A stretch of DNA of 64,000 bases from Treponemataceae bacterium (GCA_963677895.2 CAXXGJ010000002.1:1-64000); one strand, 5' to 3'; positions 10,609 to 20,953 are shown, counted from the first letter of the stretch. The notes: generated by a model not told the origin, from the letters alone. Numbers and translations are program-made.

Positions 10609-11700
10609 ATGATGGCAGGAAGTGACGGTTTGGAAATGCGGATATATCCGCCCTTTTTCCCCGAGGACCGCGCGCAGATAATCGCCTTCCTTGCCTCGCG
10701 CGCTCTCGGCTGGGACGAGGATCCGGATTACTCCGTCGCCGTGCTGCGCGATGGCGGGATCGTGGGCGCGGGCTCGCTTTCCGGCCGCATTGTCAAAGGA
10801 CTCGCCGTGGACGAGAGGCTCGTTGGCGAAGGCCTGATGGTGCGCATCCTCTCGGAACTTGAAGCCGAGGCCGGGCGCAGAGGTGTCGTGCGCCCCTTTA
10901 TCTTCACTTCCCCGGCCAACCGGGCGATGTTCGAGTCCCTGGGGTACCGCCTCGTCGGCGAGGCTCCCGGCGCCTCCGTCCTCCTCGAGAAGGGAGACGG
11001 CATCGGGCGCTGGTGCGCCGAGCTTCGCGGCTTGGCCGCTTCCACCGCCCCCGCCGCTCCCATCGGCATAGTCGCTCCCGTCGGCCCCGTCTCCGCCCTC
11101 GTCATGAACTGCAATCCCTTCACGCTGGGGCATCTCCATCTCGTGCGGACGGCCGCCACCCGATCCTCGCGGGTTTTTCTTTTCGTCGTGGCCGAGGAAG
11201 CCTCATCCTTCCCCTACGCGACGAGACTGCGGCTTGTCAGGGAAGGCACCGCTGAATTCCCGAATGTCGTCGTCATTCCCGGCAACGAATACATAGTCTC
11301 GAGGGCGACCTTCCCGACTTATTTCCTTAAGGATAAGGCGGGCGCCGCCGCCGGGATACACGCGCGTCTCGACGTGGACATCTTTGGACGGCACATCGCC
11401 CCCGCAGTAGGCGCCGCGAGGCGCTTTATCGGGGAGGAGCCCTACAGCGAGGTCACGGCCATCTACAACGGCGTGATGAAGGAATGGCTTCCTTCCTACG
11501 GGATCGAGGTCATCGAGATTCCCCGCCTGGCCGACAGAGGGGGAGCCGCCGTGAGCGCGTCCACCGTCCGGCGTTTCATACGCGAGGGAAATCTTGAAAA
11601 AGCCCGCGATATCGTTCCGTCTAGCACCTGGAATTATTTGATCTCGGAGGAAGCCGCGCCCGTTCTGGAACGAATAGTGGCCTCCGATGGCAGACATTGA
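10609..11700 (+). CDS. citC: [Citrate (pro-3S)-lyase] ligase
   Basis: N-terminal GNAT-like domain; VMNCNPFTLGHLHL, SRATFPTYFLK, RFIGEEP, VSASTVR. Exact start (10609-10636) uncertain. Confidence 0.93.
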   Translation: MMAGSDGLEMRIYPPFFPEDRAQIIAFLASRALGWDEDPDYSVAVLRDGGIVGAGSLSGRIVKGLAVDERLVGEGLMVRILSELEAEAGRRGVVRPFIFTSPANRAMFESLGYRLVGEAPGASVLLEKGDGIGRWCAELRGLAASTAPAAPIGIVAPVGPVSALVMNCNPFTLGHLHLVRTAATRSSRVFLFVVAEEASSFPYATRLRLVREGTAEFPNVVVIPGNEYIVSRATFPTYFLKDKAGAAAGIHARLDVDIFGRHIAPAVGAARRFIGEEPYSEVTAIYNGVMKEWLPSYGIEVIEIPRLADRGGAAVSASTVRRFIREGNLEKARDIVPSSTWNYLISEEAAPVLERIVASDGRH

Positions 11701-11724
11701 TAGAGAACATAAGGAGAAGATGCG

Positions 11725-12045
11725 ATGGACATCATCAAATCGGCGACAGCGGGCACGCTGGAATCCTGCGACGCCGCCGTCACCGTCGAAACTTTGGAGC
11801 CGGGAGCGTCCAGCTCCGGCGATAGCCTCGAAATAGTCGTCGAAAGCGCGGACAAGCGCTTCGCCGGGCGGGTGCGCGAAGTGGCGACCGCGGCCCTGGC
11901 GGAGCTGGGTGTGGTCAGCGCCCGCGTGACGATACGCGACAGAAGCGCCCTGGACTGTACGATCCGAGCCAGGGTCCAGACGGCATGCCTGCGCGCCGCC
12001 GGACGCGACGCCTCGGCGAAGCTGCCCTGGGAGTACCTTAAATGA
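11725..12045 (+). CDS. citD: Citrate lyase acyl carrier protein (gamma subunit)
   Basis: ATAGTLESCD (prosthetic-group Ser) and DRSALDCTIRARV. Confidence 0.93.
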   Translation: MDIIKSATAGTLESCDAAVTVETLEPGASSSGDSLEIVVESADKRFAGRVREVATAALAELGVVSARVTIRDRSALDCTIRARVQTACLRAAGRDASAKLPWEYLK

Positions 12046-12944
12046 TAGCGAAACTCAGGCGTACCATGCTTTTCGTTCCGGGCAACAACCCCGCGATGGT
12101 GAAGGACGCGCATATCTACGGCTCCGACTCCATCATATTCGACCTCGAGGACTCGGTATCGCCCGCCGAAAAGGACGCCGCCCGCCTCCTCGTCTACTCC
12201 GCGCTGCGAACGATCGACTACGGCAAGGTCGAGAAAGTCGTCCGCATCAACGGGCTCGACACGCCCTGGTTCGAGGCCGATGTCGAGGCGATGGTGAGGG
12301 GCGGCATCGAGGTCATCAGGCTTCCCAAGACGGAGACCGCCGCCGATATCCAGCATCTGGAAACCCTCGTGGCGGCCACCGAGCGCGCCGCAGGGATTCC
12401 CGTGGGGACGGTGAGGCTCATGGCGGCCCTCGAGAGCCCGCTCGCCATCATCAATGCCTACGAGATCGCCCGCGCTTCCCCGCGGATGATTGGCATCGCC
12501 CTCTCGGCCGAGGATTTCGTGACCAGCATGAAGACGAACCGTTCGGCCGAGGGCGTCGAGCTTTTCGAGGCTCGCGGCCGCATCGTGATCGCGGCGCGCG
12601 CCGCAGGCGTCATGGCCCTCGACACCGTCTTCACCGACATCAACGATCAGGAAGGTTTCCTGCGGGAAGTGCGCCTCATCAAGCAGATGGGTTACGACGG
12701 CAAGTCCGTCATCAACCCGAACCAGATACCGCTCGTCCACGCGGCCTTCGTTCCGACGGACGACGAGGTCAAAAAGGCCCGACGCGTCATCGAGGCGGCC
12801 CGGGAGGCCGAGGAAAGAGGCTCGGGTGTTGTGTCCCTGGACGGCAAAATGGTCGACAAGCCCATCGTCGTCCGGGCTCAGAGGGTCCTGGACCTCGCCG
12901 GCAAAGCCGACGCCAGAGCGGCCAACGCCACGGAGGTAAGATGA
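12042..12944 (+). CDS. citE: Citrate lyase beta subunit (citryl-ACP lyase)
   Basis: LRRTMLFVPGNNP, FDLEDSV, KSVINPNQI, LDGKMVDKP. Confidence 0.95.
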   Translation: MIAKLRRTMLFVPGNNPAMVKDAHIYGSDSIIFDLEDSVSPAEKDAARLLVYSALRTIDYGKVEKVVRINGLDTPWFEADVEAMVRGGIEVIRLPKTETAADIQHLETLVAATERAAGIPVGTVRLMAALESPLAIINAYEIARASPRMIGIALSAEDFVTSMKTNRSAEGVELFEARGRIVIAARAAGVMALDTVFTDINDQEGFLREVRLIKQMGYDGKSVINPNQIPLVHAAFVPTDDEVKKARRVIEAAREAEERGSGVVSLDGKMVDKPIVVRAQRVLDLAGKADARAANATEVR

Positions 12945-14482
12945 TGTCGCGCAACGCACTTGGCCGGGAAATCCCGGCATCACTGCCCGGCTTCGGGAAG
13001 CTCGAAGCCTTCGCGGGCGCCTGGGCGCGCAATCCCCTCATGGACGGTTCGCGCAAACTCCTCTCCTCCGGCCGGCCGACAAAAGTCCTGGAGAATCTGG
13101 ACGAGGCTATACGCCGCTCCGGCCTCGAGAGCGGGATGACCATTTCCTTCCACCACCATTTCCGCGAAGGCGACTTCGTCGTCAACATGGTGATGGACGC
13201 GATCGCGAAAGCCGGCATCCGCGACTTGACCCTGGCGCCCAGCTCCCTCACCTCGGTCCACGCCCCCCTTCTGGAACACGTCCGTTCGGGCGTCATACGC
13301 CGCATCTACACGTCGGGGCTGCGCGGGGCGCTGGCCGACGCGATATCGCGGGGAGCCATGGATATCCCCGTAGTCATCCATTCCCATGGCGGGCGGGCCC
13401 GCCTCATGCAGGAAGGGACGATAAAACCCGACGTCGCCTTCCTTGGCGTTCCCTGCTGCGACAGCTACGGCAACGCGAACGGATCGATGGGCAAGTCGGC
13501 CTGCGGCTCACTCGGCTACGCGATGGTGGACGCGCGGACGGCGAAATCCGTCATCCTGCTCACCGACGGCCTCGTCGACTATCCCGTCCTTCCTGCGAGC
13601 ATCGGCCAGGAACTGGTGGACTGGGTCGTGCCGGTGGACGCGGTGGGCGACCCCAAGGGCATATCGAAGGGCGCCACCCGCATGACCAAGGACCCGCGCG
13701 AACTCCTCATCGCTAGGAACGCCGTCGCCGCCCTGGACGCCACCGGCGTCATCAAGGAAGGATTTTCCTTCCAGAACGGATCGGGCGGGGCATCGCTCGC
13801 CGTCGTGCGCTACCTCAAGGAACTCATGCAGGCCCGCGGCATCAAGGCATCCTTTGTGCTCGGCGGCATAACGAGCCAGGTCACGGAGATGCTGGAGCAG
13901 GGCCTCGTCGGCGCGCTTTTCGACACACAGAGCTTCGACGCGGACTCGGCCCGCTCCATGGCCGTAAATCCCCGACATTACGAGATAGACGCTTCCTGCT
14001 ACGCGAATCCCCTGTCCAAGGGCTGCGCCGTGAACCTTCTCGATTTTGTGATTCTCTCCGCCCTGGAGATCGACGAAAACTTCAACGTCAACGTCATAAC
14101 CGGATCGGACGGCGTCATCCGCGGCGCCTCGGGCGGGCATAGCGACACGGCTGCCGGGGCTGCCCTCACCGTGGTTGTCGCCCCGCTGGTGCGTGGCCGA
14201 ACGGCCAGCGTCGTCCGTCGCGTCGAAACCGTCGTGACGCCGGGCGAGACGATCGACATCCTCGTCACCGACTTCGGCACGGCCGTCAATCCGCGCCGGG
14301 GCGATCTGAAGGCGGCCCTCCAGGCCGCGGGCCTGCGCACCTTCGACATAGCCGAGCTCCGCGAGAAAGCCGAATCGATAGCCGGCGTTCCGGACCCGGT
14401 ACGATACGGCGATCACGTCGTCGGCCTCGTCGAGTACCGCGACGGCACGATCATCGACGTGATAAGGGAAGTGATCGACTGA
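12941..14482 (+). CDS. citF: Citrate lyase alpha subunit (citrate CoA-transferase)
   Basis: GMTISFHHHFREGD, IHSHGGRA, GASGGHSDTA, VEYRDGTIIDV. Confidence 0.96.
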   Translation: MMSRNALGREIPASLPGFGKLEAFAGAWARNPLMDGSRKLLSSGRPTKVLENLDEAIRRSGLESGMTISFHHHFREGDFVVNMVMDAIAKAGIRDLTLAPSSLTSVHAPLLEHVRSGVIRRIYTSGLRGALADAISRGAMDIPVVIHSHGGRARLMQEGTIKPDVAFLGVPCCDSYGNANGSMGKSACGSLGYAMVDARTAKSVILLTDGLVDYPVLPASIGQELVDWVVPVDAVGDPKGISKGATRMTKDPRELLIARNAVAALDATGVIKEGFSFQNGSGGASLAVVRYLKELMQARGIKASFVLGGITSQVTEMLEQGLVGALFDTQSFDADSARSMAVNPRHYEIDASCYANPLSKGCAVNLLDFVILSALEIDENFNVNVITGSDGVIRGASGGHSDTAAGAALTVVVAPLVRGRTASVVRRVETVVTPGETIDILVTDFGTAVNPRRGDLKAALQAAGLRTFDIAELREKAESIAGVPDPVRYGDHVVGLVEYRDGTIIDVIREVID

Positions 14483-14486
14483 CCGA

Positions 14487-14555
14487 TGTAGGACTGAACC
14501 CTACAGCAAAATCGAGGGTCTTCCTACATACGGTTTCGGAAACAGCCCCTAGACT
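14487..14555 (+). promoter_or_regulatory. tctC promoter: TGTAGG-N7-CCTACA palindrome, extra half-site and -10 TAGACT
   Basis: TGTAGGACTGAACCCTACA 14487-14505, CCTACA at 14523, TAGACT at 14550. Same offsets as upstream of citC. Confidence 0.72.
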
Positions 14556-14633
14556 GTCCCTGAACATGGAGGATTCCGGCGTCGCTGCGGCGATGCCGGA
14601 ATTTATCGCAACAACTATAAGGAGTGAGAAAAG

Positions 14634-15611
14634 ATGAAAAAGGCAATCATGCTTATTTCCATCGCATTGCTGGTCGGGGCCGTATTCACGGCCGCGGCCG
14701 CGGACAATTATCCTTCCAAGCCCCTCGAAATCATCGCCCCCGCGAACGCGGGCGGCGGCTTTGACGCCCTCGCGCGCGCCATCGACCGCGCGCTGAACGT
14801 CGAGAAACTCTATCCGCAGCCCACGGCGGTCGCCAACATCCCCGGCGGCGGCGGCGCCATCGGATTCTCCAAGATGGCTGCCAAGGCTAAGGACAATTAC
14901 GAGCTGATCGTATTCTCCCCGCCCCTCATCATCGGCAACGTCAACGGAACCTTCCCCGGTAAATACACCGATCTTACCCCGCTCGCGAAGCTGATCACCG
15001 ACTATCAGATCTTCCTCGTCAAGGCCGATTCTCCCTACAAGACCTTCAAGGATCTCATGGACGCGGTGAAGAAGAATCCCCAGGGCGTGAAGTTCGCCGG
15101 CGGTTCGGCGGCCGGAAACATGGACCACCTGGCCTTCTGCAAAATCGCCAAGGCCTATGGCATCAATCCCTCCAGCCTCGTCTATCTCGCCACCAACGGC
15201 GGCGGCGAGGCCATCATCAGCCTTCTCGGCAACAACGTTTCCTTCGTATCCACCGGCGTCGGCGAAGCGCTTGGCCAGATCGCGGCGGGCACCGTCCGCG
15301 CCCTCGCCATCTCATCCTCTGAAAGAGGAACCGGCGTGATCGCGAAGGTCCCGACCGTCAAGGAAGCCGGCATCAACGTCACCTATGAAGTCTGGCGCGG
15401 CATTTTCGGAACCCCCGGAATGTCCAAGGAAGCCCAGGCTTGGTGGGCCAAGACCCTCAAGACCATGTCCGAGACCGCGACCTGGAAAGACTCCCTCGCG
15501 AAACTCCAGTGGACCAGCGCCTACGCCGACTCCGACGCGTTCGCGGCATTCCTCGAGGACGAGTACAAGTCGTATCAGGACTTGATGAAGGACCTCGGTC
15601 TTTCGAAATAA
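14634..15611 (+). CDS. tctC: Tripartite tricarboxylate transporter substrate-binding protein
   Basis: Signal peptide; YPSKPLEIIAPANAGGGFDALAR, NIPGGGGAIG, PTVKEAG, WRGIF. Confidence 0.93.
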   Translation: MKKAIMLISIALLVGAVFTAAAADNYPSKPLEIIAPANAGGGFDALARAIDRALNVEKLYPQPTAVANIPGGGGAIGFSKMAAKAKDNYELIVFSPPLIIGNVNGTFPGKYTDLTPLAKLITDYQIFLVKADSPYKTFKDLMDAVKKNPQGVKFAGGSAAGNMDHLAFCKIAKAYGINPSSLVYLATNGGGEAIISLLGNNVSFVSTGVGEALGQIAAGTVRALAISSSERGTGVIAKVPTVKEAGINVTYEVWRGIFGTPGMSKEAQAWWAKTLKTMSETATWKDSLAKLQWTSAYADSDAFAAFLEDEYKSYQDLMKDLGLSK

Positions 15612-15638
15612 CGTTTTCATTCCCCTCAACCAATAAGA

Positions 15639-15681
15639 GCCGGGCCGGTTCGACGAAGTACTCGTCGGGCTGGATCCCGGC
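15639..15681 (+). other. Intergenic stem-loop after tctC (probable mRNA stabiliser or attenuator)
   Basis: GCCGGG-CCGGTTCGACGA-AGTAC-TCGTCGGGCTGG-AT-CCCGGC inverted repeat without a clear U-tract. Confidence 0.5.
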
Positions 15682-15704
15682 CTGCTTTCGATCGGAGATA
15701 TCCA

Positions 15705-16223
15705 ATGGCAAAGAAAAAGGAAATCAAACGCGAAGAGCGTATCGCGAGCGTCATCATGACGGTATTTTCGGCCGCCTACCTCGTCGGAACGTTTTTCCAA
15801 ATCCCGACATCCTCGATACGTCAGGTAGTCGGACCCGCGGTATTCCCCAGGGCGGTCGGGATCCTCATGCTCCTGATCTCGGTCGTCTACCTCATCCAGC
15901 AGATGCGCGGCCTCGTGAAAGAAGTGGATGAAAAGCGCGCCGCGATCATCGGCGCCGACGAGAAAGTAGAGACCAAGGCGGACATAAAGACGATGGGCAT
16001 CATGGTGCTCATCATGATCGCGTATGCCCTCCTTTTCGAACCTCTTGGATACGCGGTCACGACCTTCCTGTCTTTCATGGCAGGATTGCTCGTGCTGAAC
16101 AGGAAACACCTCATCCGCGACACGATCGTCGGCTTGGTGGCCAGCTTCGGGATGTACTTCATCTTCACGACGCTGCTCAGGGTCCAGCTCCCCGCGGGCG
16201 TTCTCAGCCTGTTTGGGCTGTAG
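15705..16223 (+). CDS. tctB: Tripartite tricarboxylate transporter small permease
   Basis: VGPAVFP motif, about 4 TM helices, LFEPLGY, C-terminal LRVQLPAG. Confidence 0.9.
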   Translation: MAKKKEIKREERIASVIMTVFSAAYLVGTFFQIPTSSIRQVVGPAVFPRAVGILMLLISVVYLIQQMRGLVKEVDEKRAAIIGADEKVETKADIKTMGIMVLIMIAYALLFEPLGYAVTTFLSFMAGLLVLNRKHLIRDTIVGLVASFGMYFIFTTLLRVQLPAGVLSLFGL

Positions 16224-16232
16224 GAGAAAGGT

Positions 16233-17756
16233 ATGCAGCAACTAATCAGCAACATCGCCCTGGGTTTCGGCGTCGCGGGCACGCCCTTCAACCTCCTTCT
16301 CGCCTTCGTGGGCGTATTCCTCGGCACGATCATCGGTGTTCTTCCCGGCATCGGCCCCATGACGGGCGTCGCCCTCCTCATCCCCATCACCTTTGGGATG
16401 CCGCCCTCCTCGGCCATCATCCTCATGGCGGGCATCTACTACGGCGCCATGTACGGCGGCTCGACCACCTCGATCCTCGTCAACACGCCCGGAGAATCCT
16501 CGAGCGTCGTCACCTGCATCGACGGGCATGAAATGGCCAAACAGGGACGCGCTGGTCCCGCCCTGGCCGCGGCGGCCATCGGCTCCTTCGTCGCGGGCAC
16601 CTTCGCCACGATCATGCTCATGGCATTCGGACCCTTCCTCGCCCAGGTGGCCATCAAGTTCGGACCGCCCGAGTTCTTCGCCCTCATGGTGATGGGACTC
16701 ACGGTTGTCACGAGCCTCGCCGGCCGCTCGATGCTCAAGGCCCTTTTCGCGACGCTTCTCGGCCTCGCGATCGCCATGGTCGGCATCGACATGCAGAGCG
16801 CCGTGCAGCGCTTCACCTTCGGCAACCTCCAGTTCATGGACGGCATCGAATTCCTCGTCGTTGCGATCGGCATCTTCGCCCTCACCGAGGTCTTCGTGAA
16901 CATCTGCGAGATGAAGAATCCGAAAGAGACATCGATGGAGCAGATCAAGGGCGGATTGTGGATGACCAAGGCGGACTGGAAGCGCTTCTGGCCCTCAAGC
17001 ATCCGCGGAACGCTCTCCGGCTTCTTCGTCGGCGGTGTCGCCGGCGCTGGCGCGGCGGTGGCGAGCTTCGTGTCCTATGGCCTCGAGAAACGGTTCGGCA
17101 AACACAAGAAAGAACTCGGCACGGGCGCCATCGAAGGCGTCGCGGGTCCCGAATCCGCCAACAACGCCGCGGCGGGCGGCTCCCTCATCTACCTACTCTG
17201 CCTCGGCATCCCCGGTTCGGGCACGACGGCCATCATGCTCGGCGCCCTCATCATGATGGGACTCCAGCCCGGCCCGCTTCTCTTCACGCAGCAGCCGGCC
17301 TTCGTCTGGGGCTTGATCGCCTCCATGTACATCGGCAATATCATGCTCCTCGTGCTGAATCTCCCTCTCGTCGGCATGTGGGTCAAACTTCTCAAGGTTC
17401 CCGAGTACCTTCTGACGCTCCTGATCATCCTCTTCTCCTTCCTCGGCGTTTACACCATGAACAACTCGGTTCAGGATCTCCTCCTCATGGTGGGATTCGG
17501 CGTCCTGGGCTATGGCATGAAGCGGGCTGATGTACCGGCCGCGCCCATCATCCTCGGCATGGTTCTGGGAAAGAATATGGAAGAAAAGTTCCGCCAGTCG
17601 ATGGTCATCTCCGATGGCAGCCTCGGGATTTTCCTGCAGCGCCCCATCGCCGTCTTCTTCCTCCTCGTCGCCTTCGCATCGATCACGAACCCCTACTGGA
17701 AATACATCCCCATGGGGTTCCGCAAGCTCTTTGGAAAGGCTCCGAAGGCGGTTTGA
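16233..17756 (+). CDS. tctA: Tripartite tricarboxylate transporter large permease
   Basis: [39 protein letters not shown]. Confidence 0.95.
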   Translation: MQQLISNIALGFGVAGTPFNLLLAFVGVFLGTIIGVLPGIGPMTGVALLIPITFGMPPSSAIILMAGIYYGAMYGGSTTSILVNTPGESSSVVTCIDGHEMAKQGRAGPALAAAAIGSFVAGTFATIMLMAFGPFLAQVAIKFGPPEFFALMVMGLTVVTSLAGRSMLKALFATLLGLAIAMVGIDMQSAVQRFTFGNLQFMDGIEFLVVAIGIFALTEVFVNICEMKNPKETSMEQIKGGLWMTKADWKRFWPSSIRGTLSGFFVGGVAGAGAAVASFVSYGLEKRFGKHKKELGTGAIEGVAGPESANNAAAGGSLIYLLCLGIPGSGTTAIMLGALIMMGLQPGPLLFTQQPAFVWGLIASMYIGNIMLLVLNLPLVGMWVKLLKVPEYLLTLLIILFSFLGVYTMNNSVQDLLLMVGFGVLGYGMKRADVPAAPIILGMVLGKNMEEKFRQSMVISDGSLGIFLQRPIAVFFLLVAFASITNPYWKYIPMGFRKLFGKAPKAV

Positions 17757-17967
17757 ATCCTGCTGAAGCATCGATAATCTCGCTGCGCCATAATTGAGTT
17801 TCGAAGCGGTCCGGATCGACTGAGCCGCTTCGAATTTCTTGGGCGCCATCCTGACCCGCCCTTATCACTTGCGCTGATTGAAAAAATAGGATATCTATCT
17901 CGAGGAAACATCGATACGGCGACCGGCGTCGCCAACCATGGAACCTGTCTTTTTAGGAGTATCTCCC

Positions 17968-19254
17968 ATGATGACCTTTGCCATCATACTGTTCGCAGTC
18001 ACTTATGTGGCCCTTCTGGTCTTGTCGAAATATCGCGCGTACATAGCCCTGGCCTCCGCCGCCATATTTGTCGTCAGCGGGATTCTGCCCGTAGGCAAGG
18101 TGTTGGGAGCCGTGGACTGGAATGTCATCATGATGATCATGGGGACGATGGGGGTGGTCTCGCTCTTCATCAACTCCAAGATGCCATCCCTCTTGGCCGA
18201 CTTCATCATCGACAAGATGCCGAACGTCAAATGGGCGGTCATCGCCCTCGCGCTTTTCGCGGGCATCATATCCGCCTTCGTTGACAACGTGGCCACGGTG
18301 CTGATGGTCGCCCCCGTGGCTGTGACAATCTGCCGGAAACTCAAGATTTCACCGGTCAACGCCATCGTAGCGATCGCCATCTCTTCCAACCTTCAGGGCG
18401 CGGCCACCCTCGTGGGCGACACGACATCCATCCTTCTCGGCGGACACGCCGGCATGAATTTCCTGGATTTCTTCGTTTACCAGGGTAAACCCGGACTGTT
18501 CTGGGTAGTCCAGGTAGGGGCTCTCGTCTCCACGATCGTCCTCCTCGTCCTCTTCCGCAAGGATAAAGAGCCCGTCAACGCCGACGAACGCACGGTGGTC
18601 AAGGACTATGTGCCGACGGTCCTCCTGCTCGGAACCATCCTCCTCCTCATCCTCGCCTCCCTCATGCCCAAGGAAGGGATGCCGGCCTTCGTCGTCGATC
18701 ACATCAACGGGCTGATCTGTATGGGATTGATGCTCATCGGCTTCATCTACAATATCATCAAAGAGAAAAGCGCGAGGATCGTCATAGAGATCGTCAAGGA
18801 AATTGACTACTTCACCCTTCTTCTCCTGGCCGGCCTTTTCGTTGTCATAGCCGGCATCACGGAAGCGGGGGTGGTGGACGCCATCAGCAGGCTCTTCGTC
18901 AGGGTGAGCGGGAACAACGTTTTCCTCATCTATACGCTGATCGTGTGGGTATCGGTCCTCCTCTCGGCCTTCATAGACAACATCCCCTACGTGGCCACCA
19001 TGCTGCCCGTGGCGGGCGGCATAGCGGCCCAGCTTGGCATCGATCCGACGCTGATCTATTTCGGGTTGTTGGTGGGCGCTACCCTGGGCGGGAACATGAC
19101 GCCGATCGGGGCATCGGCCAACATCGCGGGCTTGGGAATATTAAGGAAGGAAGGGTACGAGGTAAAGCCGAAGCAATTCATGAAGATAAGCGTGCCTTTC
19201 ACCTTGGCCGCCGTCACTTCGGGATATCTCCTCGTCTGGCTCATCTGGGCTTAA
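17968..19254 (+). CDS. ArsB/NhaD/CitMHS-superfamily anion permease
   Basis: Polytopic membrane protein with SAFVDNVATVL, ATLVGD, SAFIDNIPY, LGGNMTPIGASAN. SD AGGAG before ATG 17968. Confidence 0.85.
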   Translation: MMTFAIILFAVTYVALLVLSKYRAYIALASAAIFVVSGILPVGKVLGAVDWNVIMMIMGTMGVVSLFINSKMPSLLADFIIDKMPNVKWAVIALALFAGIISAFVDNVATVLMVAPVAVTICRKLKISPVNAIVAIAISSNLQGAATLVGDTTSILLGGHAGMNFLDFFVYQGKPGLFWVVQVGALVSTIVLLVLFRKDKEPVNADERTVVKDYVPTVLLLGTILLLILASLMPKEGMPAFVVDHINGLICMGLMLIGFIYNIIKEKSARIVIEIVKEIDYFTLLLLAGLFVVIAGITEAGVVDAISRLFVRVSGNNVFLIYTLIVWVSVLLSAFIDNIPYVATMLPVAGGIAAQLGIDPTLIYFGLLVGATLGGNMTPIGASANIAGLGILRKEGYEVKPKQFMKISVPFTLAAVTSGYLLVWLIWA

Positions 19255-19264
19255 GGCGACTGGC

Positions 19265-19302
19265 GAGGCAGGAAGGCTTCGGCTTTCTTGCCTCTTTTTT
19301 TT
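19265..19302 (+). terminator. Rho-independent terminator
   Basis: GAGGCAGGAAGGC-TTCG-GCTTTCTTGCCTC followed by T8. Confidence 0.85.
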
Positions 19303-19304
19303 GT

Positions 19305-19844
19305 CTAGAGAAGCAATCCCATCGCGTATAGATCGAAGCAGCTTCCGCCGATGCGCAGTTCGGACCGAAGACAGCCCTCGATCTCGAATCCCTTCTTCCT
19401 GTATAGTGCGATCGCCCGCTCATTGTCCGTGCGGACATGGAGATCGATCTTGCGGATCGTCGCGGTAGCCCTTGCCCAGCCGATCAGCGCGTCGAGCATC
19501 GCGCCGCCAACGCCAAGATCCCAGAACTCGCGTCTGACCGAAACGCCGAACTCCCCGATATGCCTCGTCCGCGGCCGCTTCCCCGCCGTAAAATTGAGCG
19601 CCGCCACGATTCTGCCGCCCACGAGTCCCAAAAGATAGACCTGCCCGGCGGCCGCGGCTGCCCCGCGCAGGAAGGCTTCCTCCTCCGCCAGCGTCATGCC
19701 GAACTCCCCCGGCCCGAAGGTGAGGTTGTCCGACTCGCCGCAGACCTCTTCCACGTACGCGATGAGGGCGCCCGCGTCCCCCGACGCGGCCTCGCGAATT
19801 TCCATGACCAGGCCGTTCTTCAACGCAATGGCGATACCGTCCAT
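19305..19844 (-). CDS. GNAT family N-acetyltransferase
   Basis: FGVSVRREFWDLGVG and NERAIALYRKKGFEIEG motifs; SD GGAGG before ATG 19844. Confidence 0.9.
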   Translation of the reverse strand: MDGIAIALKNGLVMEIREAASGDAGALIAYVEEVCGESDNLTFGPGEFGMTLAEEEAFLRGAAAAAGQVYLLGLVGGRIVAALNFTAGKRPRTRHIGEFGVSVRREFWDLGVGGAMLDALIGWARATATIRKIDLHVRTDNERAIALYRKKGFEIEGCLRSELRIGGSCFDLYAMGLLL

Positions 19845-19922
19845 TCGAGTCCTCCACGACAGTCCTGGATGATAGCATGCCGCCCGCCGGTCCGTAAAAC
19901 GACTTTTCTTTTTAAATTTTTG

Positions 19923-19951
19923 TTGACAGCTCCAAAGAACCATCTTATACT
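19923..19951 (+). promoter_or_regulatory. Sigma70 promoter of the sugar operon
   Basis: TTGACA-17 nt-TATACT. Confidence 0.8.
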
Positions 19952-19959
19952 TTTCTTGT

Positions 19960-19975
19960 CTGAAAGAAATTTCAG
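19960..19975. promoter_or_regulatory. Candidate operator for the SorC/DeoR-type repressor
   Basis: Palindrome CTGAAA-GAAA-TTTCAG just downstream of the predicted transcription start. Confidence 0.55.
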
Positions 19976-19996
19976 CAAGTTATTTCAGGAGATTGC

Positions 19997-20953
19997 ATGT
20001 ACGAATACGGGCTGATGATCAAGGTCGCCGAACTCTACTATTACAAGAAGCTTTCCCAGAAGGCGATCGCCGACAATCTCGGCATATCGGTGCCCACCGT
20101 ATCCCGCATCCTGAGCGAAGCGCTGATTTCCGGGATGATCAAAGTGGAGATCGTGGATATCGACCAAAAAGCTTCCGACCTCAACGCGAGGCTCAAAGAA
20201 AAATTCGGTATCAAGGATTCCGTGATCATCAATCCGCCGGCTTCGCCCAATCCCGATATCCTTAAAAAGCTTCTCGGTAAAGCGGCCTATGAATTTGTCA
20301 TGAACGCGGTCAATCCCGGCACCATGGTCGGCCTGGGGCCCGGCAGCACGATGTACGAATTCGTCGAAGCCATCGATCCCAAAAAACAGGCGCCGGGCAT
20401 GACCCTGGTTCCCCTGATGGGGGGCTGGGGCTACGGAGGTCTTGCCTACGAGGTGAACCGTTTGGTCAGCACCGCGGCAGCCTCCCTGCACTGCGAGTTC
20501 TACCTCATGCCGTGTCCCGCTCTTGTCAGTTCGGAGGAGCTGCGGAACACGTTGATGCGCGAACCTCTCATCTCGGAAATATTGCGGCTCTGGGATTCCA
20601 TGGACATAGCCGCTTTTTCCCTTGGAGGGGAAGTGGAAACCGGTAATTATCCGCAGCTGCGAAAAGACGAGATCGTGCTTCCCCGCGCCAAGGAAGATGG
20701 AGCGGTGGGCGATATCCTGGGCCGTTTCATCGATGCCTCCGGGCAAATCCTCGATATCGACGTGAACAAGCGCATGGTTTCGATCCCGCTTCCGAAGCTC
20801 ATGGAGATACCGATGCGCATAGGCATCGGCGGGGGTAACTCGAAAATAAGGGTACTGCATGCCGCTCTCAAGGCTGGCTTGATAAATGTTCTGGTGTCCG
20901 ACGCGACTACCTGTGAGACAATTCTGGAAATGGAGGATTCTGACTATGAGTGA
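19997..20953 (+). CDS. SorC/DeoR-like sugar-binding transcriptional regulator
   Basis: VAELYYYKKLSQKAIADNLGISVPTVSRIL HTH; GAVGDILGRF and AALKAGLINVLVSD. Confidence 0.92.
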   Translation: MYEYGLMIKVAELYYYKKLSQKAIADNLGISVPTVSRILSEALISGMIKVEIVDIDQKASDLNARLKEKFGIKDSVIINPPASPNPDILKKLLGKAAYEFVMNAVNPGTMVGLGPGSTMYEFVEAIDPKKQAPGMTLVPLMGGWGYGGLAYEVNRLVSTAAASLHCEFYLMPCPALVSSEELRNTLMREPLISEILRLWDSMDIAAFSLGGEVETGNYPQLRKDEIVLPRAKEDGAVGDILGRFIDASGQILDIDVNKRMVSIPLPKLMEIPMRIGIGGGNSKIRVLHAALKAGLINVLVSDATTCETILEMEDSDYE

